Shown here: one piece after another, positions 1 to 13,243 of the stretch
Position numbering within the stretch: the stretch's first letter is position 1
How the letters are laid out: every line of letters begins with the position of its first letter
NCBI GenBank assembly: GCA_051294375.1
Contig: CM119267.1
Coordinates: 4,912,558-4,976,557 of the forward strand
Direction of reading: 5' to 3'
Source: Paraspadella gotoi
Lineage: Eukaryota; Animalia; Chaetognatha
DNA length: 64,000 nucleotides
Translations under genes and position numbers: made by a program
Notes under the pieces: generated by a model
What the model was told of the DNA's origin: nothing
The model's input: the letters and a program-made list of their open reading frames with translations, nothing else
Databases searched by the model: none

Positions 1-1312
1 GGAAAGAGGAAAAGTAATAAAGAGAAAAAAAAAAGATGGGAGAGAAAGTGGAATTTTTTGGTGAAACTTAGATTCAGTGGGGAGGAAGTGGGGGGGGAGA
101 AATNNNNNNNNNNNNNNNNNNNNNNNNNNNNNNNNNNNNNNNNNNNNNNNNNNNNNNNNNNNNNNNNNNNNNNNNNNNNNNNNNNNNNNNNNNNNNNNNN
201 NNNNNNNNNNNNNNNNNNNNNNNNNNNNNNNNNNNNNNNNNNNNNNNNNNNNNNNNNNNNNNNNNNNNNNNNNNNNNNNNNNNNNNNNNNNNNNNNNNNN
301 NNNNNNNNNNNNNNNNNNNNNNNNNNNNNNNNNNTCGCCAAATCGTTATAAAATGTTTCGCTGGTTCCAAAATTATTTTCTTTTTCTACCATTTGATGAT
401 AAAAAATATTTTGTTACCAGTTCACGAATAAATGTTATCTTTTTTTTAATTTGACCAGCCGCGCCATCTATATTATGCGTCACGGTTCAATCTCGCGTTA
501 AAGGATCACGCCCGCGTTGGTTTCGTCACCGCGCCCTTTTTTGCGTCATCTCCGCGCCCCCTTCTTTTTTGCGTCACTGCGTCTTTCACGCGCCATTTTC
601 ACGATCAAAGGCAACGACGACGACGACGACCAAAATGTGAAACCGAAAACGTGGCNNNNNNNNNNNNNNNNNNNNNNNNNNNNNNNNNNNNNNNNNNNNN
701 NNNNNNNNNNNNNNNNNNNNNNNNNNNNNNNNNNNNNNNNNNNNNNNNNNNNNNNNNNNNNNNNNNNNNNNNNNNNNNNNNNNNNNNNNNNNNNNNNNNN
801 NNNNNNNNNNNNNNNNNNNNNNNNNNNNNNNNNNNNNNNNNNNNNNNNNNNNNNNNNNNNNNNNNNNNNNNNNNNNNNNNNNNNNNNNNNNNNNNNNNNN
901 NNNNNNNNNNNNNNNNNNNNNNNNNNNNNNNNNNNNNNNNNNNNNNNNNNNNNNNNNNNNNNNNNNNNNNNNNNNNNNNNNNNNNNNNNNNNNNNNNNNN
1001 NNNNNNNNNNNNNNNNNNNNNNNNNNNNNNNNNNNNNNNNNNNNNNNNNNNNNNNNNNNNNNNNNNNNNNNNNNNNNNNNNNNNNNNNNNNNNNNNNNNN
1101 NNNNNNNNNNNNNNNNACGCCTCGCTCCCGCATCTCCGACAATCGCGACATCCACTCGCCAGGAATTTTGAATTTCGACGCAACTTTGGATCGGAAGGGG
1201 ATCGAGCTNNNNNNNNNNACGAACGGCGTCGCCCACGTTTCCGGCGCTTTTCGTCTCCCCGGCGCCGAGTGGGTGGAACCGCGTGGAGAAACGCGCCCAC
1301 CTTCTTACACGA

Positions 1313-1402
<90 letters not shown>

Positions 1403-2153
1403 CTCTCCAGTAATACCGTCATACATTCCCTGTCAGAAAACAAAAAGTTTTTCGTTCCGTCGTCAATTCTCTTACGCGTTTCCTTCAAGATTGGACGGTG
1501 ACGTCGTGTCACGTCCGAACCCTAGCGTCAACTCGATTCATCGCTGGCGTCAAAAGCCGCATCTCAATTCAATCCACATTCTCTCTCAACCCACTTTTTT
1601 TTTCTTTCGCACGCGGATTTTTCTGCGCGTGCGCTAAGCCACTGACATTTTGTTTTCTCTCACAGCGCACGCGTAGTAGCGTGTGGCGAGCCCTCCGTTC
1701 CTTATACAACTTAAATCGATTTTTTGGCTAAAAAAAAATAAGAAACGACGTGTTGGCGCCAAATTATTAAGTTTGTTTTTTTTGGGAGTGAGATCATTTT
1801 TCTCGGAATTATACCTCATTTTTTTATTTCGATTCCGTCGCCGTAAAAAAGTCATTATTGTAGAGATGAAAAAAAAGAAAATGGAATTGGAATCGCGGAA
1901 GGATGGAGGATTAACTAAACTGCCGTCGGCAAATAATGAACGGCAAGAAAGAAAATAAAAAGGCCGTGCGCGATGCCAGCAATTCAGGATTTACGGGGGA
2001 AAAAAAAGAAGAATCGACTTTCGATAAATTAAGAAAAATACATAAATAATTTTTTTTGAAAAGATACATATATAAAATATCGGGCGACGACGAAATCGAC
2101 GCCGACAACAACGACTCCTAACGGATTAATTCTCTCGCGCGTCATCGGATGGA

Positions 2154-2298
2154 ATGAAGGGGAAAGGGCGGCGCTTTTCGATCGGCGGCGGCGTCGGTAG
2201 CGGCGTCGGCGGCGTCGGCGGCGTCGGCGGCGCTTTTCCGTTCTTCGTCGTCGTCTTTCTCTTCGCCGATTGGCTTCTCATCGCCGGCGACAACGCTG
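2154..2298 (+). CDS. Candidate first coding exon encoding a signal peptide/signal anchor (MKGKGRRFSIGGGVGSGVGGVGGVGGAFPFFVVVFLFADWLLIAGDNA), followed by a phase-1 intron
   Basis: ATG at 2154 is the first Met after an in-frame TAA (2127-2129). It opens 48 codons with a basic N-terminus, a hydrophobic core (FPFFVVVFLF..WLLI) and a small-residue end, and stops at a consensus donor G|GTGAGT (2299). It sits in a GC-rich island within AT-rich DNA. Confidence 0.55.
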
Positions 2299-3791
2299 GT
2301 GAGTTACTGCTGCTGTTGTAGCAGCTGTTAATGATGCTGTGGCTGTTAATGATGCTGTGGCTGTTAATGATGCTGTTGCGTATGCTGTGGATGACGTTGT
2401 TTATACTTTTGCCGTATATGATGCTGTGGCTGTTTCTGCCCATGTTATTGATGCTTTTTTTTTTCAGTATCAGTAAATCAGTGAATAAGCAAATAAAAGA
2501 TAATAAATCTAATCTCAAAGACAAAAGTAGCGAAAAAAGCTAAAAATGTAAATTCTGAAGAACAAAAAAGATATACATATATATATTCTGCCCCCAATAA
2601 AACTTTTTCGAAAACCAGTATTGCGTTCAAAATCTGTCCCGATGCCCACAGGAGAAAAGAAATTCCTTTTTTTTTAAGGAGACAGAATCTAAAATCGCTT
2701 CAGACGAAAACTGGAAAAAATCCCTTTTAAGGTTTTTAAGTTGAAAAAAATTTAATTTAATTCTAGGATTTATTGATTTTTTTTCCCACCACCGAGATTC
2801 AAAAAAAAAAAAAAAGAAAAAAAATCCCTCTCGCCGTCGGGTTCATTTCGCTTTTCGAATTTGTTTGCTTTTTATCAATATTTATTAATTTTTTAAACGA
2901 ATTAAATTCACGCCTGCGGTTTTTTGGGGCGGGAAATTTTCATTTCTCGATTACGCTGCTCGTTAAAAAAAAATGTGAGGAATTCTTCCATCGTTGAATT
3001 GTAAACAGATTTGGTTTTCTATTATTTCGTGAGAGAAAAAAAAACTGAGGCGGGTAAATCGTTAATTCGTGAATCGTGATGCGTCACGCTCTCCGTTTCA
3101 AATTCACGAGCCAACAGAAAAACTCCAGTTGCACAATTTACATTCAATAAGAGAATGTTTATCAAAGAAAAAAAAAACAATAAAACAAAAAACAACAAAG
3201 CAGAAATCGTGTTTATTTAAATTTTTCTTTTTATTTTTATTTGTTCGATAACTTTTCGGTTCATGCTGAAATACTATTCTTACTTCTTAGACAACGAATT
3301 TTGTAACGTCATAGATTTTTCAATCATAAATAGGAAATTAACCTATATCTAACAATATCCCCCGCACTTTCAACATTTTCAAAAAGTTCGGCGTCATTCG
3401 TTCCTCCTTATTCCATCCGAATCTCGATTCGACTTTTGGTCCGACGAACGATTTCCCGATCCGGGATTTCTTCAATATGCAAATGAGTTTTAAATCTCCC
3501 ATGGAAGCGGAAAAAGGGAATCGGGGGGGTTGAATCGGAGTGGAGCGATGAGACCTCCCCCCCACTTCCGATACTACCGGCCCCTACACCTTCGGTCATC
3601 CCCTTTCACAACAACTTCACGCCGCCATCCTATCACCTATTAGCTGGGTATTGGGGGCGCTCTCCCCCACACACCCAAGATCGCTTTCGGAGGATTTATT
3701 CGATCGTTACCCCGAATCGGTTTCATCACAAACTGATTAGACAAAATCACATATGTCATTCTGACATCGTCGATGACGAGTTTGTCTTTAT

Positions 3792-3792
<1 letters not shown>

Positions 3793-3890
<98 letters not shown>
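3793..3890. repeat. (AAT)n microsatellite
   Basis: About 32 perfect AAT units. Confidence 0.97.
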
Positions 3891-4276
3891 CTATCATCGC
3901 GTGATCAAAACTATTTTTAAATGTTTTTTCTTTTCTATTTATGAAAAATATATAAATCGAAGGATGAAACAAGAGAACAGTCAAAGTCACACAAGCAACT
4001 TGGACTTCAATTCGTCAATCCATCATCCCAGTCACTTCATCATCCATTCCACGAACCCCACCTTCCAGAGTGAAGATTTTGCTATCCCGCTACTGACTTT
4101 ACTTTTCTTTTCTTTTCTTTTCTTTTTATTTCTTTTCTCTTCTCCTCTCTTCTCTTCTCTTCCTTTTCCAAAAAGAGCCACTTTCAAAGAAAAAAAAGTT
4201 TTTTCCCAAGAAAATGCGACCGAAATTTGAATTGCGGGTGAAACCGACCGACGCCCAGTGAGGCAACGCTTTGTTT

Positions 4277-4403
<127 letters not shown>

Positions 4404-5066
4404 GGTGATCGTTGTTTCTTTATGGACGTAAATTTTTAATGGGATTTGGGTATAAATTCAGCTAATAAAATTTTTTTAATGGAACCTGCCGAGTCGCAAT
4501 AGCAATTTTGTTGCATTAAGATTATGATAATAAAATAATAAAAAGTGAAATTAGAATCAAAACCAGTAAATAAAAGACAATTAACTATTAAACAATAAAC
4601 AATAGCGAAAAATATATAGCAAAGAGGAGTATAGTATTACTATTAATATTACTCTTAGTAAATTATTCGGGAAAAAATTAAAAGTTAAATAAAATTTAAC
4701 TGTTAAACTTTGTTTGAATAAAGTTACAATGTCGTAACTTATAAAGAGGCATCCCTTTGTCCGTCTATCCGTCCATTCGTCTCGTCACGAAAGCCTCTTC
4801 CAGAGACTTTGCAATCATTGCATCGCATCAAAGAGAATGACGGAAATTGGAACGTGACTTGTGGGCGCCTCATTCTTTGCCTCTCAACTTTACACATTTC
4901 GATCGTTTTTGTTAAGCATCTCCTCCTCCTCCTCCTCCTCCTCTTCCTCCTCCTCCTCCTCCCTAAAAATCGCTTTTGTCCGGGNNNNNNNNNNATTTTT
5001 ATCTATTTTCATGCTTTTCTGTTGTTGACTGAGGGATGCTCCTCAGACGCGGACTCCACCCGGGAA

Positions 5067-5104
<38 letters not shown>

Positions 5105-5814
5105 AATCCATCTCATTTTTGCTTCCGACTTTAAACTCCTTAAACGTGTTTACTTTAAAATCGTTGCTTCACTTTTTCAAGTACTATAATGCATATAATA
5201 TGAATATTTAATTTTTACATGCTTATATCCATGTGTTTTTTCTATGACTTTTTCAATATGTTTCAATATTTTTTACGTTTTTAAGTTTTATAACTTTTTA
5301 AACAAAAAAAAAGCTGATAAAATACAAACTTAAACTTCTTTCAGAAAAGGCAAAGTCCCGAAAGAAATTAAAACTCATGAAATGTCAAAAAAAAATACCA
5401 AAAAAAATGACCAAACTTTTCATCCGCGTTTTATTTTTTTTTTTCGTATGATTCTCTCGTCTTCCCCATTTCGTTTGAATTCAACATTGATCCATGGTGT
5501 TTCCTTTGCCATTCTATTGTCATTCCACCGAGATTCCCTTGTCATGGCCATTCCTCCCGCTTCTCCCTGCGTCATCCCATTATCGAATCTGTCATTCCGT
5601 CCTTTTCCCGCCTTCGAGCAGATTTTTATTTTTTTTTTTGATGCGATGATCTTTTGTTCCTTTTTTTTTCCTCTTTTTTATCTTTTTCTTTCTTTTCCGG
5701 CCGCATTTCCGAGAAAAGGGTCGCGCGATATTCGGCCTCTTCTCTGATGGAAGGAAAACACTCGATCGTGATGGAATGAAAGGAGGAGGAGCCTTTGGGG
5801 TGTTGGGGTTGATT

Positions 5815-5895
5815 GGGTGGGAGCTGGCATGGGTGGGAAGGGTGCTGGCATGGGTGGGAAGGGTGCTGGCATGGGTGGGAAGGGTGCTGGCATGG
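5815..5895 (+). repeat. 21-bp G-rich minisatellite (GGGTGGGAAGGGTGCTGGCAT), about 4 units
   Basis: Tandem units are directly visible and contain multiple GGG runs. Confidence 0.9.
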
Positions 5896-6215
5896 CAGCA
5901 GGGAAGAGCGTCATTTCGAACGCAATGTTTCTTTTGTACAGAGAACGTTATCATGGTCGGAAGTGTGGAAGAAAAAAAAATCTGAAAAAAAAATTGCGAA
6001 ATTGAAAGAAAAAATTATCAGGGAAAAAAAAATTGCAAAGTCATTTTTGCAGCTGCGACTGAGATAAAAGTCAGCTTGTCGATAATTGTATAAAACGATT
6101 ATGGTCACAGGATCAACCCTCAGATAATATATTTTCCATTAATTCTCATTTATCTCGTGTATAAGAACAACGACCTTTTGAGGCGAGCCGGCGTTAGTGC
6201 GTTACATAAATATAT

Positions 6216-6257
<42 letters not shown>

Positions 6258-6327
6258 GAGATGAGAAGCGTTTTCACGGTCAAAAACGACGCTTGGGTTT
6301 AATTTTGTGTCGAGTCCGGTTGAAAAT

Positions 6328-7587
6328 CCGCCATTGTCGATATCACTTAGAAACGCTAACATAATGGCACATAATGTTTGCTCGGACAACGAATGATACG
6401 AATAATTTGATTGATTGATTTAATAAAAATGATTAATAGACTGAATTGATATTGTTTATCAAATTGATTTATGTTGTTTGACTAGTTTGAATTTATTTGA
6501 TTAAATTATGATTTAATCGGATCTTATTAGACCGTTGAACCGACCGAACGCACCGACTCGGACCAAAAACTTACCACAACAGAACTTATCTTTCGTTCGA
6601 TCGCATCAAGTATATAGAAATGTGAATCTACAGAGGCCGAAAAAAAACCAAAATAAAAAGAATATCGAAGCAAGAGATATAGTATTCTTTTGGTAAAAAC
6701 AAGACGGTGATTCCATGTTGTTGCGGCCGCATGTGACTTTTTTTTCGGCGTCATCATTTCCTTTTGATCATTAACTATGAATAACTTAGACAATGACTAA
6801 AAATTTCTTATTAGTCCTTGTATTTGTGACACTCACCGCATCGAATTCCTCTTTTTATTCCTTATAAGTTATAGTTTTTAGGATTTCCTGAAGGCGGCGC
6901 AAACAGTCACTAGGAAAAGTAACATATATAGTTGCCTCCGCTAGTAACTCGACTGCCTAAAAATCNNNNNNNNNNNNNNNNNNNNNNNNNTAATAACCGC
7001 CATTTCGATATCACTTAGAAACGCTACATATGGCAATAAGGTTTGCCGGACACGAATGTACGATAATTTGATTGATTGATTAATAAAATGATTAATAGAC
7101 TGATTGTATTGTTTTATCAAATTGATTTTATTTGTTTGACTAGTTTGAATTTATTTGATTAATTTGATTTAATCGATTTATTAGACCGATTGACCGACCG
7201 ACCGACCAAAAAACTTACAACTTATCTTCGTTCGACGCATCCAAGTATAAATAGAAAGTGAATCTGACAAGAGGCCACGAAAAAAAAAACCAAAATAAAA
7301 AGAAATATCGAAGCAAAGATATATATTCTTTTGGTAAAACAAGAACGGTGATTCCAATGTGTTGCGCCGCAGTGACTTTTTTTCGCGTATATTTCCTTTT
7401 GATCACTTAATATGACATAACTTGACATGACTAAAAAACTTTCTTAGTCCTTGTATTTGTGACATGCACTGCATCGAAATTCTCTTTTTTATTTCTGATA
7501 GTTTTAGGGTTTACCGAAGGCGGCGCTAACAGTCACTAGGAAAAGTAACATATATAGTTGCTCCGCTAGTACTCGCAACTAAAAATC
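6328..7587. repeat. Tandem duplication 6328-6965 / 6997-7587 across a 25-N gap (probable assembly artefact)
   Basis: The same sequence recurs on both sides of N 6966-6990 and differs mainly by 1-bp indels. Confidence 0.85.
7341..7585 (-). mobile_element. HINE/DINE-1-like non-autonomous element, partial copy (duplicated at 6701-6963)
   Basis: Shares the core GGTGATTCCAATGTGTTGCGCCGCAGTGACTTT...GAAGGCGGCGC..CAGTC with 46564-46930 and 55336-55703. It ends in AGTTGC..GCAACTAAAAA, a short subterminal inverted repeat plus a T-run on the minus strand. Confidence 0.55.
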
Positions 7588-9745
7588 CCTTTTTTTAGAG
7601 GAAGAATTACGACGCGAGAGAGCGCGACACACACACGCGCACGAGAAAAAAAAAAAAACATCCGAAGAATTCGTTGAAAAGCGAAAAATCCCTTTTCTCT
7701 CGGGTGATGACGTCTTATCGGCTCCGGTTTATAGTTTATTGCCCTTTTCCCCCTTTTTNNNNNNNNNNNNNNNNNNNNNNNNNNNNNNNNNNNNNNNNNN
7801 NNNNNNNNNNNNNNNNNNNNNNNNNNNNNNNNNNNNNNNNNNNNNNNNNNNNNNNNNNNNNNNNNNNNNNNNNNNNNNNNNNNNNNNNNNNNNNNNNNNN
7901 NNNNNNNNNNNNNNNNNNNNNNNNNNNNNNNNNNNNNNNNNNNNNNNNNNNNNNNNNNNNNNNNNNNNNNNNNNNNNNNNNNNNNNNNNNNNNNNNNNNN
8001 NNNNNNNNNNNNNNNNNNNNNNNNNNNNNNNNNNNNNNNNNNNNNNNNTTGATCTTCTTATGAGATATGGAAACATTAACACTGTCGTGACAAACTGACG
8101 CAATGCCGCCTTTAATAAATAGTACCATTATAGCTAACGGCGAGGTAAATGTTTTAAGTTCAAATCTTAAGCAAGGGATATACTATGTCTACAATCAAAT
8201 CTATTCTCCAAAATAGTTTTTCAAGTTTAAAATATGCACTTATGCAGCACAACCGAGGAAATTGTTCGCCTCGCGCGTACAAAATTATGAAGGAGAGCGA
8301 AAGAGAGAGAGAGAGACAGAGAGAGAGAAAAAAAAAGAGAGAGAGAAAGAGTCAGACAGAGAGAGAGAGAATGTATAAAAAACTAGAGGAAAAGAACCTT
8401 CTCGCTTTTTTCACCTGAGAAAAAGTTTTATTAGTATCATTAACTCGAAAGCAAAGAAAAACGTTTTCCTGAGTTTCCGCTCTCTCTCTCTCTCTCTCTC
8501 TCTCTCNNNNNNNNNNNNNNNNNNNNNNNNNNNNNNNNNNNNNNNNNNNNNNNNNNNNNNNNNNNNNNNNNNNNNNNNNNNNNNNNNNNNNNNNNNNNNN
8601 NNNNNNNNNNNNNNNNNNNNNNNNNNNNNNNNNNNNNNNNNNNNNNNNNNNNNNNNNNNNNNNNNNNNNNNNNNNNNNNNNNNNNNNNNNNNNNNNNNNN
8701 NNNNNNNNNNNNNNNNNNNNNNAAACATTACAATCAACGTCCCCATTGTCAGAAATAGCCGTTTATTGCAGAATCGTGAGCCGAATGCAATTGTGAGAGA
8801 TTGCCATCCGTCATAAAGAGCTAAAAAAAGCTTCTTCTTTATCGACGTCGTGGGAACACCGAAGTTTACCGTCTTACGTCCTTTTTTTTTACGTCTATCG
8901 CTATCTCATGCCGTCTCGCGCCATCTCATGGTGTTTGTGGTAAGCTTTTAATGAATTTCTAAGCCCACATTGTCATACATCGTCAATCGATGCCTTGTTC
9001 TATATCACTAGTCGATCACCAGCAATCCGTTCCCATCACTAAACTATATTCTCAATGTCATTGTTCTGGTATCACAAAATCAATTACGCTTTTTACCCTT
9101 TTTTGATAAACATTCACTTCTCATTCTTTAAAAGTGCCTAAATTTTTCTACATCTCGTATAACATAGTAGTCTTCGCAGTCTCTTACCATCCATTACCAT
9201 CGCTAACACCATTTTTTAACATCCCTTACCAGCTCTTACTAGTTTTTACCACACTTTACCATCTCTTACCATTTCATCCAAGGACGAACATTGAGTCGAG
9301 TCTCTTCTAAAGTGGCCCCATTTGCATAACATTTAAGTCAACTAGTTTAGTTTTGGTCCTCGCCTTACAAAAAAAAAAAAGGAAAAAATAAATTAAAAAT
9401 ATAAATTATAGTTTAAGAATAAATATAAATATTAGCAACTCTAGCTTTTTTGAAGTGTTTCATGACCTTGCAACGCATAAACGCCAAAAATTAAAACCTA
9501 AAATGTTTAAATATTTAGCCAAATAATTAATTAATATTGAAATAACATTACCATCTCGCGAACTTTCCAAACGACTCCAAACTCAAACTGTCGGCGTTTA
9601 AAACGGGCAAAACGTTAAGCGTTTAAAAATTACCGCGCTCCGACGGGCAAGCAGGAGCTTGCCGCCGGCTTACAGGCGGTCGCCGTATGCAAGCGACTTA
9701 CCCTCTTAGTTTTAATTTTAATTTTGCTTTGCTTCTCTCTCTTCT

Positions 9746-9803
<58 letters not shown>

Positions 9804-10130
9804 CTTCTTCTCTCATCATCTCTCTCTTCTTTGTTTCTCGCCTTCGTTTCTGTTTTTTGCTCACAAGGACAATCAAACATTGCAAAATGAATTCATCGAG
9901 AGGGACAATGGAAACGAAAATATTGCTCTCCTTTTATACACACCAGGTTTTCTCTCTCTCCATCGCTCTCTACCCTCTCTTTCCTCCACTACANNNNNNN
10001 NNNNNNNNNNNNNNNNNNNNNNNNNNNNNNNNNNNNNNNNNNNNNNNNNNNNNNNNNNNNNNNNNNNNNNNCATTTCCAATTTCCAAACTTATCTTTCCC
10101 TTCCCTCTCTTTCTTCAAATCTTTACCCAG

Positions 10131-10294
10131 GTAGGGATCGCACTTATGGGAAATGGAGCGACCGAGTTTGTTTGATTGAATCTCGTCGTCGTCGTCGTCA
10201 CGTCTGTCGTCGTTCGGGCGTCCGTCTCCGTCGCCGTCGTCGTCGTCCCCCATCGCCGAGCGATAAAGCACAATGGGATCCTCTTGTTGGTTGA
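10131..10294 (+). CDS. Candidate exon (GRDRTYGKWSDRVCLIES...)
   Basis: A long pyrimidine tract ends in CAG at 10130. The reading is phase-1 compatible with the 2154 exon, and GKWSD resembles an FN3 C-terminal strand. The downstream part is a GTC microsatellite, so the frame is uncertain. Confidence 0.3.
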
Positions 10295-10845
10295 GGGACG
10301 ATCTCGATTCTCGGGTCTTATTTCTCTCTCGGTCGTTTGCGAACTGAGGACAATTAAAACTAGGAATTTGTTATTCGCTTGTACTTTAATTTGAGAATTA
10401 CAAATTGATAAAGTTTTAGTTGTTCATTTGTAGTTATTTGTTTATCGTCTCCCTGCTCTTTCTTAATCTTGAGGTGCCTAACTTTTTTTCCTCTCTTTCG
10501 ACTAAATCTAATTCTTTCGACTAAATCAGGCCCTCGATAAATAGTAAGTTACCTTGATTTTCACACCCTTCCAATTACCTCTCACTCTCTCTCTCTCTCT
10601 CTTCTCCTCTCTCCCCTCTCTCCTCTCTCTCTCTTCTCTCTCTCTCTCTCTCTTCTCTCCCGCCGCCCTCGTCCTCCGAGATTATGAACCGAAAAATAAC
10701 TTTTACTTTTCAAAAGAAAAATAAGACCTCACAACTTCCAGGAGAAAAAATTGAAGAAACTCATTAAATTCAGATGAGTCTTCAAAAAAAAATTTATTTT
10801 CGGAATTTTTTTCGACCAAGAGTAGGTTTCTTTACCTCTTCCCAG

Positions 10846-10915
10846 TAATCACCGTGAAGGAAAAATAGAAATTCAAGTACAGTGGTATTCAAACAAAGTG
10901 GCACAGGAGCCAAGC
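10846..10915 (+). CDS. Candidate internal exon (NHREGKIEIQVQWYSNKVAQEPS)
   Basis: Acceptor TTTCTTTACCTCTTCCCAG, a 70-nt open segment, then donor GTATGT at 10916. Confidence 0.35.
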
Positions 10916-11303
10916 GTATGTCACGAAAAGTGCATTAATAAGCAATTTAAAAAAAAATATATATATAAGAAGAAACTCGTTCCCCTTCGGCCGAAACATT
11001 ATCCCTCGAAACATTATATTTATAAACTTAATTTATAAACTTAATGACGTCAACGATGATGACGACGATAACGACGACGACAACGACGACGAAAAGGATT
11101 CGACAGAATGGCTTTCAGCACGCTCAACTGGGATGGTCAAGGTCCACGGAGTGTCGAGGCCGCCCTGTTTTTTTCTTTGACCTCCAATCGCGACAGTAAT
11201 TCGGGTGCCGATGTTCGTTTCTTTAATTTCGTTCGGCGACGGTGGCGACGCCAACGGAGACTGTGTAATAAGCATAGAACTAAACGACATTATTGTTAGT
11301 GCC

Positions 11304-11365
11304 GTTACCATATTTAAATAGATTTCTTCAAGATGTTACCATATTTAAATAGATTTCTTCAAGAT
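11304..11365. repeat. 31-bp perfect direct duplication
   Basis: GTTACCATATTTAAATAGATTTCTTCAAGAT occurs twice in tandem. Confidence 0.9.
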
Positions 11366-11828
11366 GTATATATTGTATATTGATTAAAAACATTCTCTAA
11401 ATAAAACCCTGAAAACCATTAATCAAAACAACGACGACAATAGATTGGGTACAGTGTCTCCTGTCTTTCAACCTCACCCTGCAATCCCCCCCCCTTTTAA
11501 CTCGAATCCTCGCGTGGGTTCATTTATCCACTTTTATCTGATTCCATTTTTAATTCACTCGGAAAGAATTTTCATCTTCCTTCCTTCCACTTTTTTCTTT
11601 CCTCGGGGACGAAATTTGAAAAAAAAAATGGATTCTTTTTTTTCTTTAAAAAATAAATTATCAGGAAAATTGTTAATTTTGCTTATTTTTTTCCCTTTTT
11701 TTTATCCAAAAATTTAAAAATTTACTTTTTGAATTTTTTACGCATGGGTGGGGGAAAATATTTAGTTTGGAATAAAATAAAAAAAAAAGAAAATAAAAAG
11801 ACTAGAAATTTCTATGATCGAATTACCC

Positions 11829-11882
<54 letters not shown>

Positions 11883-11897
11883 CTTGATTTCGGAATA

Positions 11898-12263
11898 CAG
11901 TAAAGTCTCGCACCTCACCATGGGCCTTCTTTTAAGGGGCCCCAGTAACGGGGGGTTTCAAAAGCTGATATCATAACGTTTGGTCCCTTAAACTGACTAT
12001 AACCATTCGAATTCCTCTACTGATAGACCCTTAAGCTTATGATATCATTTTTTATAACGGAGTCCCCTTAAGAGAGAAGAAAGTTGAAAAATTAGTTACC
12101 TCGAATTCCGCTCGGCACCGGGAAAACAACTGGCGGCGCTGAATAAGTGTAGATCCGCCCGGCAAAGCGACTGATAGTAATTGATCAGAAAGTTGAAAAA
12201 AGTAAATATGTATGTAGGTTGTTCGAACTGGTTGTTCAAGACAGGTTGTTCGAGACTTTGCTA
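11898..12263. mobile_element. Tc1/pogo (Tigger)-like MITE remnant
   Basis: Left end TA|CAGTAAAGTCTCG and right end CGAGACTTTGCT form imperfect TIRs. A TA-CAGT start is typical of pogo/Tigger-derived MITEs. Confidence 0.5.
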
Positions 12264-12971
12264 GGAATTTGTTTTTTTTTTTTTTATTAATATCAGAAAC
12301 AGTATCAGTGTAAAAGTAAAAACTAATCTAAGGCGGTAGGAATTTATCAAAGAAACTGTATTAAAGAGCCTTAAAGGTTAACACGAATGTGTTGGCTGGA
12401 CAATTAATGATAAAGGAATGCTGCAATGTAGCTGTCATAGCTTTGCTACAGACTGTATCAGTATCAATCTAAGCGAATCAATTGATAATACTTTAAACTA
12501 TATTGCAAAAGAAATTCCTAAACCCATTTTGCCCTAAGCAATGACCTGTGCACAAAAATAATACTGCAACATGCAAATTAAATTATGCGCTTTCATCTGC
12601 CGATTCGCTCTCTCGGTTTTCGGCGTTCATCCAAAAAAAAAAAAAAAAAAATACTCTGGCGTAAGGAACGAATAACAATAACAACAATAACAACGACAGA
12701 AGAAAGAATAGAGAAAACTCGAAAGAAAAGATTCGCTCGTGGATTCTCGAGTTTTGGCGGGAAAAAAAGGAAAATTGAGTAAAAACCTTTCGACCTCGGA
12801 AGCATCGAGTCGGAACAGATGTCGTCATCTCCGCGAATTGGATGCTGTCGTCGTCGTCGTTGTTGTTGTCGTCGTCGTCGTTGTTGTCGTCGTTGTCGTC
12901 GTCGTTGTTGCGTCTTCTGCGGCGTTACTGCCTGTTTTGCTCCGGTTTACAAAAAAAAAATAAAAAAAATA

Positions 12972-13243
12972 GGGTCATCTTTTCCGAAAGCGCCTCATCT
13001 CAGCTTAAATTCAGCATTAAGTTTATTTTAGGGGTTTAATATTTGGGGTCAATAGAAAAGAATAAGGATTATGTTAAGATAAGGGTTAGGGATTAAGGAT
13101 TTGGGTTAGGGATCTGGTTAATGATTTGGTTTTGGTTAGGGATTAAGGTTAAGGATAAGATTAAATTTAAAAAAAGAATCTCGAGCTAAAAATTAAGTTT
13201 AAGCATTAGTTACGGAATTACAGTGCTCTCGGAAAATAGTGCC
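12972..13243. mobile_element. MITE, GGC...GCC TIR family with TTAGGG-like interior
   Basis: Ends GGGTCATCTTTTCCGAAAGCGCC and GTGCTCTCGGAAAATAGTGCC are imperfect inverted repeats around degenerate GGTTAGGG repeats. Confidence 0.65.
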